Shown piece by piece: positions 36,361 to 48,930 of a DNA stretch of 64,000 bases. The stretch is taken from assembly GCF_963921235.1 (NCBI RefSeq), contig NC_086108.1:33668001-33732000 (forward strand). Reading direction: 5' to 3'. The translations under genes and the position numbers were made by a program. Source of the stretch: Mobula hypostoma. Lineage: Eukaryota. The notes under the pieces are model-generated. The model ran no database searches and was not told where the DNA came from. It was given only the letters and a program-made list of their open reading frames with translations. The first letter of the stretch is position 1, and every line of letters starts with the position of its first letter.

Positions 36361-38261
36361 TACGCAAGGCGGATGAGCATGTGTAATAACCTTTTGCTAC
36401 ACTTGCATAGAATTGTAGCATTTTAAAAATAGTTTTTAAGTCTGTAATAAAACTAGCATGTTATTGCACATTATGTCTGGGAAGCAAGAGAAATTAAATG
36501 GTAACTTACATCCAGGTTAGGTGTAGGATGCATCCAGAGGTGTAACATGGTTCTTCTCGACAGAAAACAGATTAAGGATCATCAGTTTGAGAAGGATGAT
36601 AATATGATCAATGATGATTGTGGCCTGTGGTTAGTGGTAACAAGAGAGATGGAGGCTGTGGGAGGTGAAAGTGATGGCACTGTGGGTAACAGCAATGGCG
36701 AATGGTTGGGTGTGATAATGCTGGTGATGGGGGATGTGTTAATGCTGAAATTCATACAATTCACAGTCGGCCTGCTGACAGAGTAATACTTGGGATACCT
36801 TTTGAACAATGCAGTATACAAGGAACAAAGGCCACTCTCCATGAAAATTACAAGAGACAGGAAATTCACTGCTACACACAACAGTGGCATGGTTGCTCTG
36901 TTTTAATAGCAAAGGGATTTGCAGCTGCTCACAAAAGACACCAAAGTCAGTTCAAAAAATTGATCTTGGAATAACCGGCTCTAAAATGTCAGAGAGCTGA
37001 AGAAAAGATGAGCCATTCTTCATGAGGTCTGTGCACTTCAAGGAGAATGGAAAGAAATAAAAGGTGATCAAAGAGTTCGAGAGGTTAACAAGTCTCACGT
37101 TACCTCCCTACATGACTCTTGATTAACTGGTCTTCATTTAATTTCACTGTATGAAATTAAGCAGTTACAAAAATAAGGCTTACCCAAAGTATGTGAACCA
37201 CAAGTGTTTGACTGGGGGTGGGGGAGGGGGAGAAACAGAATGCTAGAAGTACTCAACAATTTGGGCAACATCTGTAGAAAGGGAAGCAGAGTTGTCGTTG
37301 AAGATTAATGGCTTTTCAGAAGAACTGAAGATCAATCTACATGTTTACAAATAGTAACTGATCATTATTCAAGGAGGAGGAAGTAACTAAGCCAATGTCT
37401 GCTAAACAGCTGTGGACATCACAGTAAAGTTTTCAGTATTTAATTGAAGAGAAATACTGTATACAAGCCAAGAAACTGAAGACTTCTCAGTTGTACATTT
37501 ACTAATAGAAACTGCCCAACAAAGATTAAATAGTTCAACTGATTAAAAACATTAAAAAGATATATCCTGCAGCGAAGGTATTCACTGACTTTACTAAATA
37601 TATTCCAGGCTGAAACAGACCAGGGTTGAATGGCAATTGAAAGTATCTGACTAGCATCTGTAGCAAGAGCATTCAACGTGTTTGGAATGAGCAGAATAAG
37701 ACAGTGAATAGCCTCATCATATCAATCCAAATATTAAGGAAACATTGTTATGTTATGGAATAAATACCTTCACAGTAATACTAATATTGCTCCAAGGCAA
37801 TTAATTCTTTACTACCAAATCTTTCCAAGCTTTCTCTTGCCTTATTACTTTCTCATTCCTTTTGTCCCAAGTCAATTGGGCATGATTTATGACATCATAA
37901 CCTATCTCCAGTCCCTTCCTGAACCTAATTCGAGGCTGATTTTAAAAGGTCAGGCTGAAACGTGGCAGTGGGGTCCAGGCTTAGAGTGTCGATGTGACTG
38001 GGCCCAGGTCCTAGTACAAGGAACAACCCAATGTTTGGACAATTTAAACACCGGGCCACGTGGATTGAAAAGGCAGGGTGTTGGGACAAGAGGCAAGAGT
38101 TGGTCTGGTTCTGCTCACTGCTCCACAACGGTTGCTCAGCTCCGCACTGAACTGGAGGTTGAGGCCAAGGCCTGCTCCGTGTTTCATGTCTCAGGGCTCC
38201 GTGACTCTTACACCCAACTGTGCTGAACTGAGGCCCTCTCTGGGATCCAGGATGAATTGAA

Positions 38262-39620
38262 GTCTTTAGTTCTACATCCTTCACATACACAAGTAAAATA
38301 TCTTTCTGTTACGTCTCCATCTGAATGTGCAAATTATAGTAATTTCTAATAAATAGTATGTACAGTAAGATATACAACAGAACAGCCAATATAGTTCAGA
38401 AATACAATTGTGTCAGTGTGAATTAATCAGTCTGATTGCCTGGTGGAAGAAGCTGTTGTCTTTAATGCTGCGGTATTGTTTCCTGGATGGTAGCAGCGGG
38501 AATAGTTTGTGGTTGGGATGACTTGGGCCCTTTTCACACATCTGCCTTTGTAAATGTCCTGAATAGTGGGAAGTTCACATCCACAGGTGCACTGGGCTGT
38601 GTGCACCACTCTCTGCGATTGAGGGAGATACAGTTCCCATACCAGGCAATGAAGCAGCCAGTCAGGAAGCTCTCAATTGTGCCCCTGTAGAAATTCCTCA
38701 GGATTTAGGGACTCATGCCAAACTTCAACCATCTGAGGTGAAAGAGGCACTGTTGTGCTTTTTTCACCATCCAGCCTGTACGTACAGACCACGAGGCCCT
38801 TGGTGATGTTTATAACCGAGGAACTTTAAGCTGTTCATCCTCTCAACCCCAGATCCATTGATGTCAATAGGGGTTAGCCTGTCTCCATTCCTCCTGTAGT
38901 CCACAACCAGCTCCTTTGTTTTTGTAACATTGAGGGAAAGGTTGTTTTCTTGACACTATTGTGTCAGGGTGATGACTTCTCTGAAGATTGCCTTGCCTCA
39001 GATAATAACAAGGCCAATCAATTTAGTATCATCAGCACATTTAATTAGCAGGTTTGAACTGTGGGTGGCAACACAGTTGTGGGTATACAGACAGTAAAGG
39101 AGGGGGCTTAGGACACAGCCCTGGGGGCTCCTGTGTTGAGGGTCAGAGGGACAGAGGTGAGGGAGCCCACTCTTACCACCTGCCAATGTCGGCAGGCAAA
39201 TTGTAGGGGGTCCAGTGTGGGGAAGAAGCATGCTGCAGATGTAGTCCTTGACCAGTCTCTCAAAGCATTTGCTTATTGAGGTGAGTGTGACAGGATGCCA
39301 GTCGTTCAGACATGTTACCTTGGCCTTTTTAGGTACAGGGACAATGGTAGATGTTTTGAAGCAGGAGGGGATTCTACACTGGGAGAGGGAGAGATTAAAA
39401 ATGTCTGCAAACACACCAGCCGGTTGTGCCACACACACACACACACACTCTGCGTACCCACCCTGGGATGCCGCCCGGTCCCACAGCCTTGCAGCTGTCC
39501 CCATCGGAACACCTGCGTACTTCAGCCTCAGGGATGACCAAGGTGCCGGTCACATTGGCGGCTCTCCTCGGGGGCTCAGCGTTGATGACACTGAACTGAG
39601 CATCAAAAAAGATTGAGCTC
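38262..39620 (-). mobile_element. Rex1/Babar-like LINE (RT portion and 3' end)
   Basis: ORF 38998-39504: AGVFADIFNLSL...CFKTSTIVPVPKK...CLNDW.PV.LTS...PQGCVLSPLLY.LYT...IKCADDT. Confidence 0.9.
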
Positions 39621-40439
39621 ATCTGGGAGAGATGCAGCGATGTTGGCAGCACCACCTTTGATGTCTGTGATGGTGCATAGACAAGTTTACATGGCTCCAC
39701 ACTGAACTGAGGCAGAGCCCTGTTCTGAGCTTTCACTTTTCTTCTGAATGTTACTTCTATTGTCTGCATGATTTGTTTCTCCCCCTCTCTGAACATTGGG
39801 TGTTTGACTTTAAAAAAAGGGTTCTTTTGGGTTTCTTCGTTTTGTAGCTGTCATAAGATGAATCTCAAGGTTCTATGATGTATGCATACTTTGATAAATG
39901 TACTTTGAACTTTGGTCTCAAGAGGAAAATAAACTGTATACCAGAGATCATTATGGTCAACGCTAGTCCAGTCCTGTCACTGTGGTGAACTGATGGCATC
40001 AGGATCTCTGAATCAGATTGAGAGTCTAGATCTCCTCTGCAAATTTTAGCACCCAATCACTTTGGTACAGTGTTGGAGTGCAATAGTATAGAAGATGATA
40101 TCTTTTGGTCAAGCTGATAAAGTGAAGCCCTGGCAGCTCTCCATGGACGATTAAAGATCATGGTATAAGGTTCAATGGTTTAAAATTTTCAGCTCACAAA
40201 ATGGAAGAAATATGATGCGTAATTTAACTGTGCCCCTTTAGTGTAATAATTGGAGCATATGGACGATGCTGGCTGCTGATTAAAATCATTGTGAGGCAAT
40301 TGCATTGTCCATTGGCTAATCCCTTCATCACGATGCTAAAATAATGAATGGCTAGTATCAGGTAGTGCCAGCCTGCTGAGTTTAAAAAGGGGTATTCAAT
40401 GAGGTGGATACCAGTTGCTGAGACGGTGAGTCCCATGAC

Positions 40440-40640
40440 TTTCAGAACTAATCTGGGTGCCAAATGGAAGAGTTGGGAAGCATGTTGTCTTACAACTCCC
40501 AGGGGCAAGGAGGCACTTCATAAAAGGAATTGGAAGCAAACAGCTGCAAAGATCAATGCAAGGAGTGTAGCACCCAAGCAGGGGTAAGCAGTGGTCCAAG
40601 ATGTTGAATGGCCTCACACTACTGGTAAAAGGTCAGTGAA
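40440..40640 (+). pseudogene. Harbinger-type Myb/SANT-like DNA-binding gene remnant
   Basis: RNWKQTAAKINARSVAPK, then after a frameshift QWSKMLNGLTLLVK and gtcagt; fits the W..vA..vNA.s...Rt..qc.kk.ndL pattern of trihelix Myb/SANT proteins of PIF/Harbinger transposons. Confidence 0.5.
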
Positions 40641-42254
40641 TGTGTCACTGCAGATCATATTCATCAAATGCTCTGTAAATTCCAAATGCTCAAGTACAAC
40701 TTGCTGCTATCAATTGCCTTCTAACGACCCTGCCAAACCTAAACTTGTACTGAACGCCTTGCAGCTCTGTTACACCAAGTACCACCACAAGCCTCACACT
40801 CCTGTCCAGCACACACTAGCTGCTTTTCAACATCATCCAGTCATGTTTTCTCACTTTTACAAGGTCCCCATTTCTTGCATTGGACAGAGATGCACACATA
40901 CTTTTAATGACACTGACCTTTGCAACAGGATTGAGGGCATAAATGGGACAATGGGATGCTGGTGCGAATAATTCTTCTTGCATGTCACCTCTGGTTTGCT
41001 TCCTAAGCTAGACTGGGCATCAGCATGGTGCTCTTACTTCCCTTATCACAACCTTAGTCTGAAGCTATAGTTTTCAGTGAAGGTAACCAAGAAGAGCATC
41101 CTAATAAGCAAGAGGGCAGTGAATCACTCAATTCTGCAGTCCATCATCAGCTCAGTTCCAGTTTAGAAGGGAATAAAGGGAGAAGCCAGAAACTAGGCAT
41201 GAGTGACTTCCAGTCAGGACAAAGAGCAAGGATGGTACCATGCCTCATCACCTCAATATGACAGAGGCCTCAGTTCTAAAGCGTTGATTGTTTCTCTGTC
41301 CACAGATACTGCCCAACTTCGAGTGTTTCCAGCACTTTTCCTATGAGAGCCCTAAAAGCTGAAGTAGCTCTCAAGTGCTCTGCACTGAGGTTAGTTTGAG
41401 AATGTTAGTAAGAAGGTTACAGGCACTGGCTGATGGTGTACATGAAATGCTGGTCTACCAGTAGGACTAACAGGGTATGTGTGTTGAGGAGCACGGAGAA
41501 GGCCTGTGCTACTTAGAGACAGTTCTTCCATTTGTAAAAAAAATGGTGATTAACCCAAATCACATGCGTCTGATGGCCAATATTAAAGCTTCTACTGTTG
41601 TGGAAGCAGTCTGGATGATGAGGAGAAACTTATATTGCTATCACACAAGACCAAAACCTACCCGGGCTCACATATTGGATCATCTCAGCTCAAAACCTTC
41701 ATTCAATATCAGGATAGTCTGAGGGAGGCTACATGGATAATGAAAACAAAGGAAGGCATTCATCCTCCTACCCATGTCACTCTTTGCTTTTACTCTGAAA
41801 TAGTTATACCTTTGTTCATTCACTTTTTCCAAAAAAAATTGTTAGCAATTGCTTATACTATACTGCAGTAAATGAACAGGTTCCCTCCGAGCAGGTTTCT
41901 GACCGCCAGCTAGCAAAGAGACTATAACCATCACCACTGTACTCCCCTTCCCATGGCCAGCCTATGAGATGTTGCATTGTTACCAGAATCACTCAAAAAT
42001 TGTGCTGCGAGTCTCTGGAAGTTTCCTGCACTACCAGGCAGAAACCTTCCAACGACAATGGTACAACAAATTCCGCATTCCGTTACTGTTTTAATTGTGC
42101 TACCTCAATGCACTGTTGTAATGAATTGATCTGCGCAAAAGTTATGCAAGACATATTTCAGTGCACCATGGTACAGGTGATAATAATGCCAGCAGGTGGA
42201 CTCCAAATTACAACAGGAGATTGAAAATCTATGTAACAAGGGAATCTTATGATA

Positions 42255-42482
42255 GTGTCAAGGTGGTTGTTGTGATGCATCTCGTGTGGTAGTGTAGTGA
42301 GTAGTGCTTGTCGTTCTCACTTTCAGCTTCTACCGCTGGCTAGCAGTCTTGCGAAAAGGAGAGTTGAATATGCAAGTTTCTCCCTGCCAGTACATAGCCT
42401 CCCTAACAGCAAGCCTCATGTAGTGCCTCCTCACTGGTGACACACAGAAAATGAACTTCTTTCAGACTCGGGCTGAACTACA
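42255..42482 (+). ncRNA. HDV-like (nested double-pseudoknot) ribozyme motif, partly decayed
   Basis: P2 TGTAGT (42419-24) / ACTACA (42477-82); P3 GCC (42425-27) / GGT (42436-38); L3 TCCTCACT; P1 3' strand GACACAC (42439-45) pairing with GTGTC (42255-59); J4/2 CTGA with catalytic-position C at 42473. Confidence 0.65.
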
Positions 42483-42888
42483 GAGAACGGGGAGGACGTC
42501 TGACTCCTGTATATGTAGCACGCAGGCCCACTGATGCAGACACACCCTGGTGTTCATGAACCAGATCCCCAGCTATGGGTAAATAGCCCCACTCCCTTGT
42601 GGGCAGCCTCGGGAGAGGCAAAAACTACGGGAGTAAACCCAGACAGCAAATCCAGAGTGGAGCTCCTAAGGCGGCTGGGCATCATTGAACAGTCTTCCAG
42701 CAGCTCCTGCAGCCAAGCTGGTAACAAGTGTATTGCTTCATAGGCTTTCCTTTGGACTACCCTGGTGAGGCCGAGAGGGGGATCTTGACGACTGGGCATC
42801 TCAGCATCTCCATACTTTCTGCCCAGGCTTGTGACGATGATCATCACCCATTGTCCTTCAAGACAGACGGATGCCAGCAACAAACACA
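42257..42888 (+). mobile_element. 632-bp non-autonomous non-LTR retroelement (RTE-like, internally deleted) with 8-bp TSD
   Basis: ATGATAGT duplicated at 42249-42256 and 42889-42896; GC-richer than its surroundings; CAA-like tail (gccagcaacaaacaca); no long ORF; interior resembles RTE-clade 5' UTRs (gggcagcctcgggagagg...gtaaaccc). Clade assignment is tentative. Confidence 0.75.
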
Positions 42889-45689
42889 ATGATAGTCATC
42901 AGGGATTTTAATATGCAAGTAGATTGGGAAAATCAAGTTGGTGCCGGATCCCAAGAGAATTTGTAGAATGCTGATGAGATGGCTATTTAGAGCAGCTTGT
43001 GGTTGAAAAGGCAATTTTGGATTGGATGATTTGTAACAAATCAGATTTGATTTAGGAGTTCAAGGTAAAGGAACCCTTGGGTGACAGTGATCATAACAAG
43101 AGAAAAAAAAAATCACCCGGGAGTTTGAGAGGGAAGATAAATTCAGATGCATCAGTATACAGTGGAGTAAATGGAATTAGAGACATGAGAGAGGAACTCC
43201 CCAAAGTCCATTGGAAGGAGACTCCAGCAAGGATGATGGCAGAACGGCAATGACTGGAGTTTCTGGGAGAAATTCGGAATGTGCAGGATAGATACATCCC
43301 AAAGTTGAAGTACTATTCTAAAGAGAATGAGGAAACTGTGGTTGACAAGGGAAGTCAAGGACAGCATAAAACCAAAGGAGAGGGCATACAATGAAACAAA
43401 TATTACTGGGAAGTTAAAGGATTGGGAAGCTTTTAGAAACCAACAGATGGCAACTAATAAGGCCATAAGGAGAGAAAATATGAAATGAAATATGAAGGGA
43501 AGCCAGCCAATAATGAGAGAATACCAAAAGTTTTCCAAATATATAAAAGTAAGGGATGAGAGTGGAACATCGGAAAATCATTCTGGAAAAGTAGTAATGG
43601 GGCAGATAAATGGCAGAGGAACTTAATTATTTTGCATCAGTTTTCACTATGGAAGACAATAGCAGAACGCCAGAAAATTCGGGAATGTCAAGGGGCAGAA
43701 GCGAATGTAGTTGCTGTTACTAAGGAGAAGGTACTTGGGAAGATGAGAGATCTGAAGGTAGCTAAACCACCTGGACCAGGGTTCTGAAAGAGGTAGCTGA
43801 AGAAATTGTGGAGGCTTTAGTAAGGATCTTTCAAGCATCATTAGATTCTGGAATGGTTCCAGAGGACTAGAAAATTGTAAATGTCACTCCATTCTTTATA
43901 AAGGGAGGGAGCCAGAAGAAAGGAAATTATAGGCCATTTAGCCTGACCTCAGTGGTTGGGAAGATGTTGGAGTCGATTGTTAAGGAAGTGGTTTCTGGGT
44001 TCTTGGAGGCACATGATAAAATAAGCGAAAGTCAGCATGGTTTCCTTAAGGGGAAAAATTTTGCCTGATAAATCTGCTGGAATTCTTTGAGGAAATAATA
44101 GGCAAGATAGACAAAGGAGAGTCAGCAGTTGTTGTTTACTTTGGTTTTCAGAAGGCCTTTGACAGTGCCACACAAGGCTGCTTAACAGCACAAGAGCTCT
44201 CGACAGCATGGATAGAGGATTGGCTGACTGACCAGAGGCAGAGGGTGAGAGTAAAGAGATCCTTTCTGGTTAAATGCTCTTGACTAGTGGTGTCCTGCAG
44301 GGGTCGATGTCGAAACTGCTACTTTTCATGATATATGTGAATGATTCAGAGGATGGAATTGATGATTTTGTTGCTAAGATTATGGAGGAAATAACGATAG
44401 GTGGAGGGGCAAGTAGTATTGAGGAAGGAGTCTGCAGAAGGACAGATTGAGAGAATGATCAAAGTAGCAGATGGAATAGCGTCGGGAAGTGTATGATCAT
44501 TCATTTTGGTAGAAGGAATAAAGGTGTAGACTATTTTCTAAATGGGGAGAAAATTCAAAAGTCAGAAGTGCAAAGGGACTTGGGAATCCTTGTGCAGGAT
44601 TTCCTGAAGGTAAACTTGCAGTTTGAGTTGGTAGTAAGGGAGGCAAATGCAATGCTCACATTCATTTCAAGATGACTAGAATACAAGAGCAGGGATGTAA
44701 TGCTGAGGACTTATAAAGGCAATGGTCAGACTGCGCTTGGAGTATTGAGAGTCGATTTTGTCCCCTTATCTAAGAAAAGATGTACTGGCGTTGGACAGCG
44801 TCTGGAGGAAGTTCATGAGAATGTTTCCAGGAATGAAATGGTTAACGTGTGGGGAGTGTTTGATGTCTTTGGGCCTGTACTTGCTGGAGCTTAGAAGAAT
44901 GAGGGAATCTTATTGAAACCTGTTGAATATTGAAAGGTCTGGATAGAGTGGATGTAGGGAGAATGTTTCCTATAGTGAGTAAGTTTAAGACCAAAGTGCT
45001 CAGTCTCAGACTAGAGGGACATCCATTTAGAACAGAGAGGAAGAATTTCTTTAGCCAAGGCGTAGTGAATCTGGAATTCATTGCCACAGGCAGCTGTGAA
45101 GACCAAGTCATTGGGTATAGTTGAACTGGAGGTGGATAGATTATTGACTAATCAAACAAAAGTTAAGAGGAGAAGGCAGGAGAATGGGATAAAGAGATAT
45201 TAAATCACCCATGATAGAATGAATGGCCTAATCCTGCTCCCTTGTCTTATGGTCTAATAAAGTAAATTTCCAGTTTACAAATGGAGAAACCCTGAGAGCT
45301 AGAACAGTAAAACATACACTAGAGTTGAGCTTCAAGAGCATAACCAAGCGATTCATTTGATATGTGGTGCAAAGCAGCATTTCGATTTTACTTTTGACTG
45401 ATGGTGCTTTTTGTTTTATTTCAGACTAGTGACCAAACAAAAGCCGTGGTAAAAGGAAAGTGACAAATAGAATTGCAAGTGAACTAGAAATTGAGGTTTT
45501 GATGACTGAATTCATATTCTGATGAGTTCTTCACCGGCAAGCAGGCCAGAAAAGACCTCTGTGCTTCCTTCTCCAAATCTCCTTTCATTTTCTGGTAGCC
45601 CTGCTTTTCAGCTACTTGTTGATTATTTGATGACAAGGGCTGCATTCTCACAATTCTGTGGTTGTACAATATCCAGCCCATGAACGGCG

Positions 45690-48600
45690 AGACCAATTTT
45701 GGAAGGGAGAGGAAGAGGGGATGAGTGTCCCTCTACCCAGCATCTTGTTAGCAAATGTGCAGTTGCTGGAGAACAAATTTGAGGATTTCAGGGCAATGGA
45801 GCAGTATCGGAAGGAAATGAGGAGCTGTTATGTTCTGTGTTTTACCAAGATGTGGTTTAGAGTACAGCAGATATGGCAATCAAACTTGGAGGCTTCCCAA
45901 CACACAGGCTGGGCCAACCTACTGATTTGGAAGAGGAAAAGGGTGGAGGTGAGAGTTTTATGATGCACTCTGTAGTGCTTTAATGTGGAAGTTCTGTCAT
46001 ACTTCTGTTCCCCCCGAATTTGTACACCTAACAATTAAATACTGATTGCTCTATTTACCAAGAGAGTCTCCATGATCCTGACCACAGTTTACATACCATC
46101 AGTGGTCAACTACAATCAAGCACTTAAATCAGAATCAGGTTTAATATCACCGATACACGTCATGAAATTTATTGCCTTTGCAGCAGCAGTACAATACATA
46201 AGAGAAAAAAACAAATACAATAAGTATACTGTATATATTAAAAAGTTAAATAAATAGTGCAAAAATAGAAATAAAAAAGTAGTGAGTTAGATTTCATGGG
46301 TTCAATGTCCATTCAGAAATCGGATGGCAGAGGGGAAGAAGCTGTTCCTGAATTGTTGAGTGTGTGCCTTCAGGCTTCTGTACCTCCTTCCTGATGGTAA
46401 CAGTGAGAACAAGGCATGACCTGGGTGATGGGGTCCTCAATGATGGACACCTTTTCAGGCACCACTCCTTGAAGGAGTCCTGGATACTAGGGAGGCTAGT
46501 GCCCTTGATGATCTGATCAAGTTTACAACTCTCTGCAGCTCATTTCAATCTTGCATGATGCTGTTACTAGATAAGGAACAGTTCACCCTGACACATTTCA
46601 TATCATAGTTGGAGATTTCAATCAGGCTTGTTTGAAGAAAGCCCTGCCCAATTATCATCAACATATGACCTATAGCACCAAAGGTCCTAACACACTACAC
46701 CACTGCTACACTAAGATAAGGAATACCTACTGTTCCATGCCCAGAACACATTTTGGGAAATCTGATCTCTTGGCTGTCTTACTACCTGCACAGAGGCAGG
46801 GGCTAGAGAGCAAAGCTCCAGAGATTAGGACAGCAAAGAGGTGGTCACAGGAAACAGAGTAGCAGCTAGGGGATTGCTTTGAGTCAGTGGGCTGGGCCAT
46901 GTTCAAGCACTCGTCTGTGGATCTGAATGGTTGTCACTGACTTGGTTAAAAAAACAGTTGTAGACGAAAGCATCCCCACAACATCATGCAGAGTCTTGCC
47001 CAACCAGAAGCCCAGGATGAACCATGAGATCCGTAATCTGTTGAGAGCCAGATCAGGAGACATTCAGGTCTGGCAACTGGGAAAGTTACAAGGGAGCCAG
47101 GTACCATCTCCAGGGAGCCATCTCATGGGTGAAGTGGCTACTCCAGAATAAAAACTTTAATTAAGGAAGGATGCTTGACAGTTGCTAAAAGGCTTGAATA
47201 CTATCACCTCTTACTAAGTGAAATCAAGTGACATAGGTGACAACAGGGCTTCACTTCCAGGTGAGACCAAAGCCTTCTATGCTCACCTTGACAATCAAAA
47301 CACAGAGGAACCATCATGAAATCCCACAGCTTCCGGTGACCCTGTGATTTCAGTCTCTTAGCCAATGTGAGAACATCCTCTAGAAGGGTGAACCCATAGA
47401 AGGCATACAGTCCAAGTACTACCTGGCCAAGTACTAAAGACCCATGTTAATCAACTAGCTGTAGTGTTCACTGGGATCTTTATCCTCTCACTTCAGTGGC
47501 ATGAAGCACCCACCTGCCCAAGAAGAACGTGGTAACCTCACGCAATGACTACCGTCCAGTAGCATTTACATCCACTGTGATGCAGTGTTTTAAGAAGTTG
47601 ATTAGGAAACATCTACTCCTGCCTGAGAAGTGACTTGAATCCACTCTAATTTGCCTATCAGCACAATGGGCCCACATCAGATGCCATTTCATTGGCTCTT
47701 CACCCAACCCTGGAACATTTGGACAGCAAAGATGCATACATCAGGATGCTCTTTATTGAGTACAGCTCAACATTCAGTACTAGCATCCCCTTAATACTGA
47801 TCAATAAGCTTCAAGACTTTGCCTCAATACCTCCTCCTGCAATTGGATCCTCGATTTTTCTCACTTAACAGATCTCTGTCAACACAGATTAGCAACAACA
47901 TCTCCTCCACAATTGCCATCAGCACAGGTGAACCAAAAGGCTGTGTGCTTAGCCTCCTGCTGTACACTTACAATTGTGTGGCTAGGTACAGCTCCAATGC
48001 CATAAGATCACTGTGATAAGCCAAATCAGAGATGGTGAGGGAGGGAGATTGAAAGCATAGAGGGGTGCCACAACAATCTCTCATTCAACATCAGCAAGAC
48101 CAAGGAGCTAATTATTAACTTTAGGAGGACACCGGAGGTCCATAAATTAGTTCTCACAGGGATTTCAGAAGTGAAATTCCTTGATGTTATCATTTCAGAG
48201 CACCTGTCCTGGGCCCAGTATGCAAGTGGAATTACAAAGAAAGCACAACAACACTACTTCATTAGGACTTTGCCAACATTTGGCATGACATCCAAAACTT
48301 TGACAAACTTCTATGGATGAGTAGTGAAGACTATATTGAATGACTGCATCACGACTTGGTAGGAAAACACCAATGCTGTTAAATGGAAAACCCTATGAAA
48401 TGTAATGGATATGGCCCAGTTCATCACAGTTACAACCCTCCCCTCCATTGGACACATCCACACAAAGTTGTCATAGGAAAGCAGCATCCATCAGAGATCC
48501 CACCACCCAGGTCTTGCACATTTCTTGCCGCTGCCATCAGGATGAAGGTACAGGAGCCTTAGGACTCTCACCACCAGGTTCAGGAAAAGTTATTACCCCT

Positions 48601-48930
48601 CAACCATCACGCTCTTGAACCAGAAGGGATAACTTCACTCACCCCATCAATGAACTGTTCCCATAAGCTTCGGACTCATTCTCAAGGACTCTTCATCTCA
48701 CGTTCTTGATATTTATTGCTTATTTATTATTATTTTTCCTTTTTTTTTGCATTTGCACAGTTTATTGTATTTTGCATAGTGGTTGAACACCCAAGTTGAT
48801 GTGATCTTTCATTGATTCTATTATGGTTATTGTTCTAATATGGATTTATTGAGTATGCCCACAAGAAGATGAATCTCGGTTGCAAATGGTGACATACATA
48901 CACTTGGACAATAAATTTGTTTTGAACTTT
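45690..48930 (+). mobile_element. Long degenerate Rex1/Babar-like LINE (APE + RT + 3' UTR) with an antisense insertion at about 46126-46555
   Basis: PLPSILLANVQLLENK...VLCFT, VYIP, VGDFNQA, TLHHCYTKIRNTY...HFGKSDL, NDYRPVAFTS, ISTGEPKGCVLS; tail aataaatttgttttgaacttt. Confidence 0.88.

Larger units (their letters stand above)
42200..45256 (+). mobile_element. Degenerate CR1 LINE (APE + RT, 3' UTR) interrupted at 42257-42888
   Basis: DFNMQVDWENQ, NYRPFSLTSVVGK, HFGRRNKGVDYFLNGEKIQ, KGLDRVDVGRMFP; tail cttgtcttatggtctaat. Confidence 0.9.

Noticed and set aside
36510..36890. Ser/Thr/Pro/His-rich ORFs and a GAT|gtaagt donor at 36510
   Set aside because: Low-complexity (cat/cac) sequence, weak acceptor, and no open frame compatible with the phase-1 exon at 21061; at most a non-coding exon.
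39428..39448. (CA)n microsatellite
   Set aside because: Short simple repeat inside a Rex-like LINE; ordinary.
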